Source: Bacteroidota bacterium (GTDB taxonomy: Bacteria; Bacteroidota; Bacteroidia; Bacteroidales; CG2-30-32-10). Taken from it: a DNA stretch of 64,000 nucleotides. Made by a program: the position numbers and the translations under genes. The stretch spans positions 7,325 to 71,324 of the forward strand of contig JACAAW010000003.1 of assembly GCA_013377115.1 (NCBI GenBank), in the 5' to 3' direction. How positions within the stretch are numbered: the stretch's first letter is position 1; the number at the start of each line of letters is the position of its first letter. The notes under the pieces were generated by a model. It was not told the DNA's origin. It saw nothing but the letters and a program-made list of their open reading frames with translations, and made no database searches. Shown piece after piece: positions 1 through 8,997 of this stretch.

Positions 1-3000
1 GATAAAGGAATTGAATATACCGATGTTGAATACAATTTCCCAGGAGCTTTTGTTTCTGAAAAAATGGTAAATTATAAAGAACTAAATCAAACTTTTCAGT
101 TTTTGAATATTGAAGGCTTTGGAAAGATGACCGAAGTTGGAAATCCAGCAGTTCCTTCTCATAATGATATTATTGCAGTTCCAAAAAATGCTCATATAAA
201 AATTATCATTCTTGAATCCGAATCTCAGATTTTGTCAGGATATTATATCCATCCTGCTTTAAAACCAGCAAGTGAAAGAAAAGGTGATCCTTCTCCAGTT
301 TTTGAAATGAACGAAAAACTTTATAATACGGATGAATTTTATCCAAAAAGCATCACTGACCTTGTCACAACTCACCAAATTCGTGGCAATGCAATGGCCG
401 TAATTCAAATTCATCCTGTTCAATTCAACCCAGTTACCAAAAAGATTAGAGTTTATTCTAAAATTAAGTACAGAGTGGTTTTTGAGGGATTATCAAAATC
501 ATTTGCTTCAATTGGAAATGAAAACACAAGCCATTTTACGAATTCGATGAAGAATATCGCATTAAACAGTAATAGTATTCCTGATGGGGTAGATGTTTCT
601 AAAATGAAATCCGGAACACGGAAGGATTACATCATTATTACGCATAGTTCTTTCCTCGCTGCTGCAGATAGTTTGGCAAAATGGAAAAATCAATTAGGAT
701 ATTCTACAGAAGTTGTTTCAAAAGCCAGCTGGACAGTCCAACAAGTTAAAGATAGCATTGCAATAAGATATAATACCTGGATTCCAAAACCTGATTATTT
801 TTTAATTATTGGAGATAATGAGCAGGTTCCGGGACAAACTGTTTCAAATTTTGTAACAGATTTGTATTATAGTTGCTTTGATGGACCTTCTGATTACGTT
901 GCTGATATGGCGAAAGGCAGAATTCCAGTCACAACTCCAACCGAGGCAATGACCGTTGTTCAGAAAATTATTAATTATGAAAAGAATCCAGTCAATCTTC
1001 CATCATTTTATAATACGGCTGTGACTTGTGCTTATTTCCAGGATTATGACGATAATAATAGTTTTGAAGATAGAAGGTTTGCACTTACCAGCGAAGATAT
1101 CAGGAATTATTTAATTGCCCCAAGTTTAGGATATACTGTTAACAGGGTTTATAAAACAGATGCTGCAACAAATCCAACAAATTGGAATGATGGTTATTAT
1201 GCCAATTCTGAGCCACTTCCAGCAACATTATTGAAACCAACTTTTGCCTGGGATGGTGATTTTAATGATATCAATGCACAAATTAGCGCAGGAACTTTTT
1301 TTGTTTTGCATCGTGATCATGGCTATGAAGATGGATGGGGTGATCCAGCCTACGATAAAACCAACATCGATGCTCTTACTAACGGTGATAAATTGCCAGT
1401 TGTATTTAGTATTAACTGTTTGACTGGAAAGTTTTTAGAACCGGAATGTTTCTCTGAAAGATTCATTCGCAAAGCCAATGGAGGTGCAGTTGGTGTTTTT
1501 TGTCATGCAGAAGTTAGCTATAGCGGATATAATGATGCATTGGCAATTGGAATGTTTGATGCAATTTGGCCAAATCCAGGAATGGCATTTAGCTATACTG
1601 GTAGTGGATGGATAAATCCTTCCTCTGTAATTTCGCATTCAGCCATAAATACAATGGGAGATGTTGTAAATCAAGGTTTGTATCGAATGGTTGAAACTTG
1701 GGGTGATGATCAATATACGCACGAATTATTGCATTATTTTGGCGACCCCGCCATGAAAATGTGGACTGCAAATCCTGTTGTTGCAACTGCAACACATCAA
1801 GCAAATTTAATTTGCGGAGCTACAAGTTTTACGGTGAATAGTTCAAATTGCTCCGATGGATTGGCAACCATTTATTATCACGGACAATTAGTTGGATCAA
1901 CTCAATTAGTTGGCGGTGTGGGTACCATTTCATTTTTTCCAATGTATTTTACTCCTGAAAATGCTATCCTAACAATTTCAAAAAATAATTATAAACCCTA
2001 TGTTGCTAATATTCCTGTCACAGGAACTTGTGCATTGCCGCCAAATAATCAGTTTGTCGCAAATACAACTGTCACTTGCTTGAATTCAACGGTAACTTTT
2101 ACTGATCAATCCTATTTGAGTCCAACAACTTGGAACTGGATTTTTACTCCTTCAAATGTAATTTTTGTTGGTGGAACAAATGCCAATTCTCAAAATCCGC
2201 AAGTTCAATTTACAAGTGCTGGCAATTACAATGTTGAATTGAGAACTTCAAATACATATGGAATGGATACCCTAGTTAAAAATTTCTATATTTTGGCTCA
2301 CCTGGTTCTACCAGATTTCACTGCAAGTGATACTTCTTCTTGTGTTGGAAATCAAATTGTATTTTCTGATGCCTCTCTTTGCAGCCCAGCTTTATATTTG
2401 TGGAATTTTGGTTTAGGTGCAACACCAGCAACGGCAGCATCAGCTGGTCCACATACAATAACCTATAATACTTCCGGACCAAAAACTATTTCGCTTACCG
2501 TTAATGGAACAATAACTGAAACTAAAACAAATTTTATTAATATTAATTCAGGAGTTTCAATTCCTTCATTTGCTCAAAATTTTGAAGGTGCAACTTTTCC
2601 GCCATCAGGCTGGACTATAACCAATCCTGACAATGGAAAAACTTGGGAAAGAACAACCTCAGCTGGTGGAAATGGAAGTAGCATGGCTGCTGCTTATATT
2701 AACTTATATTCTTATCCAACTACTGGTCAGATTGACGAGTTGATTGGTCCTTCAGTTGATTTGTCTGGATTATCTGCACCTAATTTGACTTTTAAAGTTG
2801 CCTATGCAGAATATAGTACCAGTTATATTGATTCTCTGAAAGTGCTTATTTCTCAAAATTGTGGATTATCCTACTCTCCAGTTCCAATATATGGCAAAAC
2901 AGGCGCTAATTTAGCCACTTCAGGTGTTCTTAGTGGAACTTATACTCCAGCTATTCCATCAGACTGGAGAACAGAGATTGTTGATTTAAGTCCATACGCT

Positions 3001-3369
3001 GGTAGTATGGTGACTTTAAAATTTGTTGTTGTAAATGGTTATGGCAATAATTTGTATTTGGATGATATCAATATTATTAATGGAATGGTAAATTTAAGTG
3101 AAAATGAAGATTCAAATTCAAGTTTATTAGTTTTCCCAAATCCAAATAATGGGAATTTTTCGGTGGAATTTAATTCCAAAACTGAGAAAATGAATAAATG
3201 TAGAATTTATAATTCCATTGGTGCTTGTGTTTATTTTGAAGAAAATTTGAAGTCAAGTAGCTCCAATAAAAGAGATTTAAATCTCTCTGGATTTTCCAGA
3301 GGATTGTATTTAATGGAAGTTGAAGATAATTTGGGTAATAAATTTATCAGGAAAATCTCTATCCAATAA
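1..3369 (+). CDS. Peptidase C25 (gingipain-family) cysteine protease, multidomain T9SS cargo; 5' end runs off the window
   Basis: Frame 1 is open from nt 1, so the ATG at 64 is probably internal. C25 catalytic motifs are present: His in 'VLHRDHGYEDGWG' and Cys in 'VVFSINCLTGKF'. The 'YIIITHSSF...AKWKNQLGY' core is gingipain-like. Two PKD-like modules follow ('VTFTDQS...WNWIF', 'IVFSDAS...WNFG'), then a MAM/choice-of-anchor-J-like module ('FAQNFEGATFPPSGWTITNPDNGKTWERT'). The C-terminus is a type A T9SS tail ('LLVFPNPNNGNFSVEF...GLYLMEVED...KISIQ'). Confidence 0.85.
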   Translation, partial: DKGIEYTDVEYNFPGAFVSEKMVNYKELNQTFQFLNIEGFGKMTEVGNPAVPSHNDIIAVPKNAHIKIIILESESQILSGYYIHPALKPASERKGDPSPVFEMNEKLYNTDEFYPKSITDLVTTHQIRGNAMAVIQIHPVQFNPVTKKIRVYSKIKYRVVFEGLSKSFASIGNENTSHFTNSMKNIALNSNSIPDGVDVSKMKSGTRKDYIIITHSSFLAAADSLAKWKNQLGYSTEVVSKASWTVQQVKDSIAIRYNTWIPKPDYFLIIGDNEQVPGQTVSNFVTDLYYSCFDGPSDYVADMAKGRIPVTTPTEAMTVVQKIINYEKNPVNLPSFYNTAVTCAYFQDYDDNNSFEDRRFALTSEDIRNYLIAPSLGYTVNRVYKTDAATNPTNWNDGYYANSEPLPATLLKPTFAWDGDFNDINAQISAGTFFVLHRDHGYEDGWGDPAYDKTNIDALTNGDKLPVVFSINCLTGKFLEPECFSERFIRKANGGAVGVFCHAEVSYSGYNDALAIGMFDAIWPNPGMAFSYTGSGWINPSSVISHSAINTMGDVVNQGLYRMVETWGDDQYTHELLHYFGDPAMKMWTANPVVATATHQANLICGATSFTVNSSNCSDGLATIYYHGQLVGSTQLVGGVGTISFFPMYFTPENAILTISKNNYKPYVANIPVTGTCALPPNNQFVANTTVTCLNSTVTFTDQSYLSPTTWNWIFTPSNVIFVGGTNANSQNPQVQFTSAGNYNVELRTSNTYGMDTLVKNFYILAHLVLPDFTASDTSSCVGNQIVFSDASLCSPALYLWNFGLGATPATAASAGPHTITYNTSGPKTISLTVNGTITETKTNFININSGVSIPSFAQNFEGATFPPSGWTITNPDNGKTWERTTSAGGNGSSMAAAYINLYSYPTTGQIDELIGPSVDLSGLSAPNLTFKVAYAEYSTSYIDSLKVLISQNCGLSYSPVPIYGKTGANLATSGVLSGTYTPAIPSDWRTEIVDLSPYAGSMVTLKFVVVNGYGNNLYLDDINIINGMVNLSENEDSNSSLLVFPNPNNGNFSVEFNSKTEKMNKCRIYNSIGACVYFEENLKSSSSNKRDLNLSGFSRGLYLMEVEDNLGNKFIRKISIQ

Positions 3370-3384
3370 GAAATAGCGGGACAA

Positions 3385-3427
3385 TAAAAAAGAGCGGTAG
3401 TTAATTAAAACACCGCTCTTTTTTTAT
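3385..3427. terminator. Bidirectional rho-independent terminator between convergent genes
   Basis: 8-bp stem AGAGCGGT (3391-3398) / ACCGCTCT (3412-3419), with an A-run on the left and a T-run on the right. Confidence 0.65.
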
Positions 3428-3436
3428 AATGAGAAA

Positions 3437-4426
3437 CTATTTTATTTCTTTCCCTTTTTCGAATTTGGTAATTGTTTCTTTTCCATCTTCGCCATATGTT
3501 TTCCATTCACCTTCCTTTAAACCTGCAAGATAAGTTCCAATAGTTTTTGGTTTGCCATTTTCATAAAGTTCTTTATACTTGCCTTCAAGCTTATCATTTT
3601 TGTAATTCAATTCTTCCCATGGTTTTCCACTTTCGTAAGATGTTTTTTCAGCACCTTCCAATAAATCATTTACATAATTAGAAAGTTTGGTAATTTTCCC
3701 ATTTTCAGCGAATTCTGTCCATTTGCCACTTTTCACACCATTAACATATTGACCAGTTCCTTTAACTTTTCCACTTTTGAAAAATTCTTTATGTTCGCCA
3801 ATTGGAACATCATTTTTATAAGTATCTAATGTTTGAATGGTATCCTTTGCATAAAAAGTTTTCTGAACTCCTTCAAAACCTCCATTTACATAATTGTATT
3901 CGGCAACTGGCTTTCCTTGCATATCATACCAATAGGAAACTCCAGTTTTTACGTTGTTTTCAAAATAGGAGTCTTCCATTAATTTTCCATTTTCATAGAA
4001 TATTTTTTTTGCTCCCCAAAACATACCATTTTTATAATTTATTTCAGAGGTGAGTCTTCCACCAGGAGCATATTTTTTGAAAACACCATCTTGAATACCA
4101 TCGGTGTAATATTCTTCACTTTGATAATAACCTTTATCATCAATTGTTACACAAACTCCGTTCTTTTTCCCATTTCTATAAGTTTCAACTTTGTTTAAAA
4201 CGTTATTCGCGTGATATAAAACCCAGCTTCCATCTTTTAAACCATCAATATAATAACCTCTTGAAAGTGCATTTCCAGCGCTTTCTTCCCAAAGTCCTTG
4301 TTTTTGGCCTTTCGAATTTATTTTATTAATGGTATCTCCTTTATAAATTCGAAGTGTAGTTTGAGTTTGTGCGTTCATTTGTATAGCGCAAAACATTACC
4401 ATAAAAATTACAGCAATTTTCTTCAT
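3437..4426 (-). CDS. Secreted MORN-repeat-variant protein (YwqK-like)
   Basis: N-terminal signal peptide 'MKKIAVIFMVMFCAIQMNAQ'. About 12 tandem ~23-aa repeats of the type 'Y.NGK..G....YYENGKL' fit the MORN variant / YwqK-type pattern. Confidence 0.75.
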   Translation of the reverse strand: MKKIAVIFMVMFCAIQMNAQTQTTLRIYKGDTINKINSKGQKQGLWEESAGNALSRGYYIDGLKDGSWVLYHANNVLNKVETYRNGKKNGVCVTIDDKGYYQSEEYYTDGIQDGVFKKYAPGGRLTSEINYKNGMFWGAKKIFYENGKLMEDSYFENNVKTGVSYWYDMQGKPVAEYNYVNGGFEGVQKTFYAKDTIQTLDTYKNDVPIGEHKEFFKSGKVKGTGQYVNGVKSGKWTEFAENGKITKLSNYVNDLLEGAEKTSYESGKPWEELNYKNDKLEGKYKELYENGKPKTIGTYLAGLKEGEWKTYGEDGKETITKFEKGKEIK

Positions 4427-4468
4427 AAAAATTTGAATTTAAGTTTGTTATTAATTATTTAAATTATT

Positions 4469-5584
4469 CTATCTATATTTTGCGAAATAAACGATTCCTG
4501 CAATGATTGCAATTATCATTAAAATAAATAAAGTAATTTTTATCCAACTATATGGTCTTTCTCCTTGAACTTCACCAGTTCTTGCATTTACCAAAAATCT
4601 ATACGCTTTGTCATTGTATCGATAAGCACTAATCCACAAGGGAAGCAAAATATGTTTAAAAGTTATGTCATTATAACTGGTATTAACACTATGAACTCTC
4701 TGTTCATCGCCACCAATATCCGAAATAACAACTTCTTTTATTTTGGAATCAATTTTCACTTTAGCATTGTCAAAACCAGTTTTAATATCAACTTGGTAAC
4801 TTTCGGTTTTAAATCCACTAAGGTACATATCATTAAATGGTACCAAGTTTTCTAAATCCCAAGGTTCTAGTTTTTCGGTGTATTTTACCGGTAATGAATT
4901 GCTTGCGATAATTAATACATCGTCAAAGTTCACATCAACGTTTCCGGAAACTGAAGCCCAACTGGTTTTTTGAACTTGTCTTGTTTCAGTTACAGTTTTT
5001 CCATTCTCGGTTTTTTCGTAGGTTTCCGTGACATAATAATGAGTACCCCGTTCACCAGTGTAATTTGAATCAGTATTGGAATCATAAGTCCAATAAGGAA
5101 TATACATCCCAACCAGCGTATCTGTTCCAGTAACGTATTTTTTTAAATTGGAAGGAGCAAACCATAGTTTAGAAATCCAGGTTCGGAATGATTCTGCTGC
5201 AACTTTTTGTTCAATTTTAAAAGGCAAAAGCGATTTTGGTTTCAAGATAGAACTTGTGCTGCCATTTGTTACAACAATACTAACTCCGCAAAATGGACAT
5301 TGGTCTGAGGTGAGGTTCGGCTTGAGTGTTGAAGAAGCCCCACAACTTGTACATTTTACAGTAACAATGTCAATTTTTTCTTCGTCCTGAAGTTTGTTCG
5401 CAATAAAATCCTCAAAATCGATTTCTTCAATCGGTGCATCAGATTCAGTGATGATTTCATTATTTGCTCCACAATACTCGCATACAAGCGAGGTAGTTCC
5501 AGGCTTGTATTTGAGAATTGCAGCGCATGTATTACAGGTTAATTCCTGATTTGTTGATGTCTCTTTTTCGTTTATTTCTTCCAT
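4469..5584 (-). CDS. Double zinc-ribbon protein with C-terminal membrane anchor (YdjG-like partner of the SPFH protein)
   Basis: Two CxxC...CxxC ribbons (C17/C20/C35/C38 and C78/C81/C96/C99). A ~230-aa beta-rich middle region follows. One C-terminal TM helix, 'WIKITLFILMIIAIIAGIVYFA'. The start lies 9 nt downstream of the SPFH gene stop. Confidence 0.6.
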   Translation of the reverse strand: MEEINEKETSTNQELTCNTCAAILKYKPGTTSLVCEYCGANNEIITESDAPIEEIDFEDFIANKLQDEEKIDIVTVKCTSCGASSTLKPNLTSDQCPFCGVSIVVTNGSTSSILKPKSLLPFKIEQKVAAESFRTWISKLWFAPSNLKKYVTGTDTLVGMYIPYWTYDSNTDSNYTGERGTHYYVTETYEKTENGKTVTETRQVQKTSWASVSGNVDVNFDDVLIIASNSLPVKYTEKLEPWDLENLVPFNDMYLSGFKTESYQVDIKTGFDNAKVKIDSKIKEVVISDIGGDEQRVHSVNTSYNDITFKHILLPLWISAYRYNDKAYRFLVNARTGEVQGERPYSWIKITLFILMIIAIIAGIVYFAKYR

Positions 5585-5593
5585 TTTTTAATA

Positions 5594-6733
5594 CTACATT
5601 GGAGGAGGTGGAGGAGGAATAGCGCCAAACAAATTATTAAATTCAGGAACCGTTGAAGCAGCTGCCCATGCAGCCATTCCTTGTTTCCATACCATGGTTT
5701 CTTTTGTCAATGAACCTTGTTGAACCATTTGCATTAAAGTTTGCTCATTAAATGGACCGCTTTGCTGACCATTAATAATAGCATGAAAAGCAACTTGTGG
5801 AGGAGGAGGAGGTGGCATTCCACCAGTATTTTGTTGTTGCTGCTGTTGTTGTTGCTGTTGTTGTTGACCCATTGAATTTCCCATTTGGTTGGCCATCATA
5901 TTACCCATTCCAATGCCCATTCCCATTCCCATTCCTGCGCCAGCCATACCTTCATTGCCTGCCATTATTGTTGTTGCATTTGCAGTTTGGTATTGTTGGA
6001 ATTTGTTTAAATCACCAAGAGCGCCCATGCTTGCACGAGTGTCCATTGCTGCTTCAACTTCTGGTGGAAGAGAAATGTTTTCAACTAAGAATTTTGTAAT
6101 TTCAATACCGTATTCATCAAATTCTGGTTGGAGTTTATCCATAACAGCTTTTGAAATCTCATCATATTTTGCAGCAAGATCTAGAGCAGGAATTTTACTT
6201 TCACCAAGAAAATCAGTAAAACGAGTAATCGCCATTGATTTTAATTGTTCTGTAATATCTTCTGTTTTGAAGTTACCATCAGTACCAACAACTGCCTTAA
6301 TGAATTGAGCAGGATCTTTAATGCGCATTACGTAATTTCCAAAAGCACGAATACGAACAATACCAAAATCGGCATCACGCATCATAATTGGGTTTTTAGT
6401 GCCCCATTTATTATTGGTGAAGTTTTTTGTGTTTACAAAATAAACTTCTGCTTTGAAAGGACTGTTGAAACCATATTTCCATCCTTTTAATGTAGAAAGG
6501 ATAGGCATATTTGAAGTTGCAAGAGTATGTGTTCCTGCAGCAAATACGTCCGCAATTTGTCCTTCATTTACAAAAACAGCCGCTTGTGTTTCGCGACAAA
6601 CCAATTTTGCACCATTTTTAATTTCATTATCGTTATGTCCGCGGACAAAACGGTAAACCATTGTATCATTTGTGGAATCCAACCATTCAATGATGTCAAT
6701 CAATTCGCCTTTAAGCTTATCAAATAATCCCAT
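5594..6733 (-). CDS. SPFH/Band-7 family protein (COG4260, YdjI-like) with poly-Q linker and C-terminal GYF_2 domain
   Basis: N-terminus 'MGLFDKLKGELIDIIEW' and 'STLKGWKYGFNSPFKAEVYFVNTK' match my memory of B. subtilis YdjI-type SPFH proteins. The linker is a Gly/Met-rich stretch followed by Q12. The C-terminus 'FHAIINGQQSGPFNEQTLMQMVQQGSLTKETMVWKQGMAAWAAASTVPEF' looks like GYF_2/DUF4339. Confidence 0.8.
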   Translation of the reverse strand: MGLFDKLKGELIDIIEWLDSTNDTMVYRFVRGHNDNEIKNGAKLVCRETQAAVFVNEGQIADVFAAGTHTLATSNMPILSTLKGWKYGFNSPFKAEVYFVNTKNFTNNKWGTKNPIMMRDADFGIVRIRAFGNYVMRIKDPAQFIKAVVGTDGNFKTEDITEQLKSMAITRFTDFLGESKIPALDLAAKYDEISKAVMDKLQPEFDEYGIEITKFLVENISLPPEVEAAMDTRASMGALGDLNKFQQYQTANATTIMAGNEGMAGAGMGMGMGIGMGNMMANQMGNSMGQQQQQQQQQQQQNTGGMPPPPPPQVAFHAIINGQQSGPFNEQTLMQMVQQGSLTKETMVWKQGMAAWAAASTVPEFNNLFGAIPPPPPPM

Positions 6734-6766
6734 AATTTTCTTTTTTTAATTAAAATTTAAACCTTA

Positions 6767-6774
6767 CAAACCTA
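6767..6774 (-). promoter_or_regulatory. Bacteroidota -7 box (TAGGTTTG) for the SPFH operon
   Basis: Exact TAnnTTTG on the minus strand, 33 nt upstream of the ATG at 6733. Confidence 0.45.
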
Positions 6775-6936
6775 TGTTTTTTTTAGTTAAAATGCAATAT
6801 CTTTTATTCTTTTTAATATTACTAAAAAAAAGTTTGGTACAAAAGTAAATCAAAGATTATTGCAATATTTATGCTTAACAATTTTTAACAGTTGGAGATG
6901 AAATTTGAAAATCAATTTTATTGGCAGATAGCTAGT

Positions 6937-8961
6937 TTACAGTTTTTTCAATGCCTCTTCCAATGCAAACATTTCGTCACGGAGTTTTGCAGCTTCATTA
7001 AAATCAAGTTCTTTAGCAGCTTTCTCCATTGATTTTTTTGTGGTGCCAATGACTTTTTTTAGTTCGTCTTTGGTCATATATTTTAGTACAGGTTCTGCCG
7101 CAATATCAGTATTAATATTTTCAATATAAGGCCGTGGACCGCCTTTTTTGTTGGAGTCTGCTACTGAGGTCTGATTCATAATGCTTTCAGTCGACCGTGT
7201 TATTTGAGTAGGAGTAATGTTATTTTCTAAATTGTATTTTATTTGTTTTTCTCGCTTTCTATTTGTCTCGTCAATAGTGAGTTGCATTGATCTGGTAATT
7301 TTATCAGCATACATAATTACCTTACTGTTCACATTCCTTGCTGCTCTTCCTGCTGTTTGTGTTAATGATCTTTCTGATCGTAAAAATCCTTCTTTATCAG
7401 CATCAAGAATGGCAACCAAAGAAACTTCTGGTAAATCCAAACCTTCACGTAATAAATTAACACCAACCAAAACATCAAAAGAACCTAGTCTCAATTCTCG
7501 CAAAATTTCAACTCTATCTAAGGTATCAACATCAGAATGGATATAACGACAGCGAACATCAAGTCTGATGAAATATTTTGTGAGCTCTTCAGCCATCCGT
7601 TTTGTTAAGGTTGTGACCAGTACTCTTTCATTTTTTAAAACAACTTTCTGGATTTCGTCAAGCAAATCGTCAATTTGATTTAGAATCGGACGGATTTCAA
7701 TTTCTGGATCTAACAGACCTGTTGGCCTGATGAGTTGCTCAACCACAACACCCTCGCATTTTTGTAATTCATAATCTGCTGGTGTGGCACTCACATATAC
7801 AACCTGATTATACATTAATTCAAATTCTTCAAATTTTAATGGTCGATTATCCATTGCCGATGGCAAACGGAAACCATATTCGACCAAGGTTTGCTTACGT
7901 GAACGGTCACCACCATACATCGCTCTGATTTGTGGAACGGTTACATGGCTTTCATCAATTACAACCAAAAAATCATCTGGGAAATAATCAATTAAACAGA
8001 ATGGGCGGCTACCTGGATTTCTGCGATCAAAATATCTTGAGTAATTCTCAATTCCCGAACAATAACCCAATTCACGCATCATTTCCAAGTCATAAGTTAC
8101 ACGGTCTTCTAATCGCTTTGCTTCCAAATGCTTTCCACATTCTTTCAAATAATCAACGTGTTTTACCAAATCATCTTGAATTTCGAAGATGGCATTCTTC
8201 ATGCTGTCTTGAGTGGTATTGAAAATGTTTGCGGGAAAAATAGCAATGCTGTCATGCGATTCAATTTTAAATCCATTCACTGGGTCAAAAGATTCAAGGG
8301 TTTCAATTTCATCACCAAAAAAACAAACACGATAAGCATAATCTGAATATGCTAAGAAAATATCAACGGTATCTCCTTTTACTCTGAAGTTCCCGCGTTT
8401 GAAATCAATTTCATTTCTTGAATATAAACTTCCAACCAAAGTATGTAAAAATTTATTTCTGTTTAAGGCTTCTCCAACTTTAATGCGAATAACATTATTG
8501 GCAAAATCTTCAGGATTTCCAATTCCATAAATGCAAGAAACAGAAGAAACAACAACAACATCACGTCTACCTGAAAGTAAGGATGAAGACGCACTTAATC
8601 TTAGTTTTTCAATTTCTTCATTTATTGAAAGGTCTTTTTCAATATACGTATTGGTTGAAGGAAGATATGCTTCTGGTTGATAATAATCGTAATAAGAAAC
8701 GAAATATTCTACCGCATTATTTGGAAAAAACTGCTTGAACTCACCGTAAAGTTGAGCGGCCAATGTCTTGTTATGACTTAAAATTAAAGTTGGTTTCTGA
8801 ACAGCTTGAATTAAATTAGCAATGGTGAATGTTTTTCCAGAACCTGTGACTCCCAGCAAGGTTTGATATTTGTCCCCACGTTTTATGGCTTCCGTCAATT
8901 GACGGATTGCTTCTGGCTGATCGCCAGTTGGATAAAATTCAGAAGTGAGATCAAATAGCAC
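6937..8961 (-). CDS. uvrB: Excinuclease ABC subunit B
   Basis: 'YPTGDQPEAI', Walker A 'GVTGSGKTFT', a helicase C-terminal region and a C-terminal UVR motif '...AAKLRDEMFALEE'. The start is GTG; there is no upstream in-frame ATG before a stop. Confidence 0.97.
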   Translation of the reverse strand: MLFDLTSEFYPTGDQPEAIRQLTEAIKRGDKYQTLLGVTGSGKTFTIANLIQAVQKPTLILSHNKTLAAQLYGEFKQFFPNNAVEYFVSYYDYYQPEAYLPSTNTYIEKDLSINEEIEKLRLSASSSLLSGRRDVVVVSSVSCIYGIGNPEDFANNVIRIKVGEALNRNKFLHTLVGSLYSRNEIDFKRGNFRVKGDTVDIFLAYSDYAYRVCFFGDEIETLESFDPVNGFKIESHDSIAIFPANIFNTTQDSMKNAIFEIQDDLVKHVDYLKECGKHLEAKRLEDRVTYDLEMMRELGYCSGIENYSRYFDRRNPGSRPFCLIDYFPDDFLVVIDESHVTVPQIRAMYGGDRSRKQTLVEYGFRLPSAMDNRPLKFEEFELMYNQVVYVSATPADYELQKCEGVVVEQLIRPTGLLDPEIEIRPILNQIDDLLDEIQKVVLKNERVLVTTLTKRMAEELTKYFIRLDVRCRYIHSDVDTLDRVEILRELRLGSFDVLVGVNLLREGLDLPEVSLVAILDADKEGFLRSERSLTQTAGRAARNVNSKVIMYADKITRSMQLTIDETNRKREKQIKYNLENNITPTQITRSTESIMNQTSVADSNKKGGPRPYIENINTDIAAEPVLKYMTKDELKKVIGTTKKSMEKAAKELDFNEAAKLRDEMFALEEALKKL

Positions 8962-8983
8962 AGGATGATGATTTGGAATTATG

Positions 8984-8991
8984 CAAATTTA
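8984..8991 (-). promoter_or_regulatory. -7 box (TAAATTTG) for uvrB
   Basis: Exact TAnnTTTG on the minus strand, 22 nt upstream of the GTG start, inside the 36-nt gap after the upstream gene. Confidence 0.45.
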
Positions 8992-8997
8992 AACAAA

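Noticed and set aside
1-3369. The C25 protein as the T9SS sortase PorU
   Set aside because: PorU is also C25-like and of similar size. However, this protein carries cargo-type modules (PKD, choice-of-anchor-J/MAM-like), and the downstream gene is not porV. I treat it as cargo. A PorU-specific HMM would settle this.
5797-6727. Plus-strand ORFs antisense to the SPFH gene (e.g. 5889-6308 'PIPMPIPIPIPAPAIP')
   Set aside because: They mirror the Gly/Met/Gln low-complexity linker of the real minus-strand gene, which has strong family motifs.
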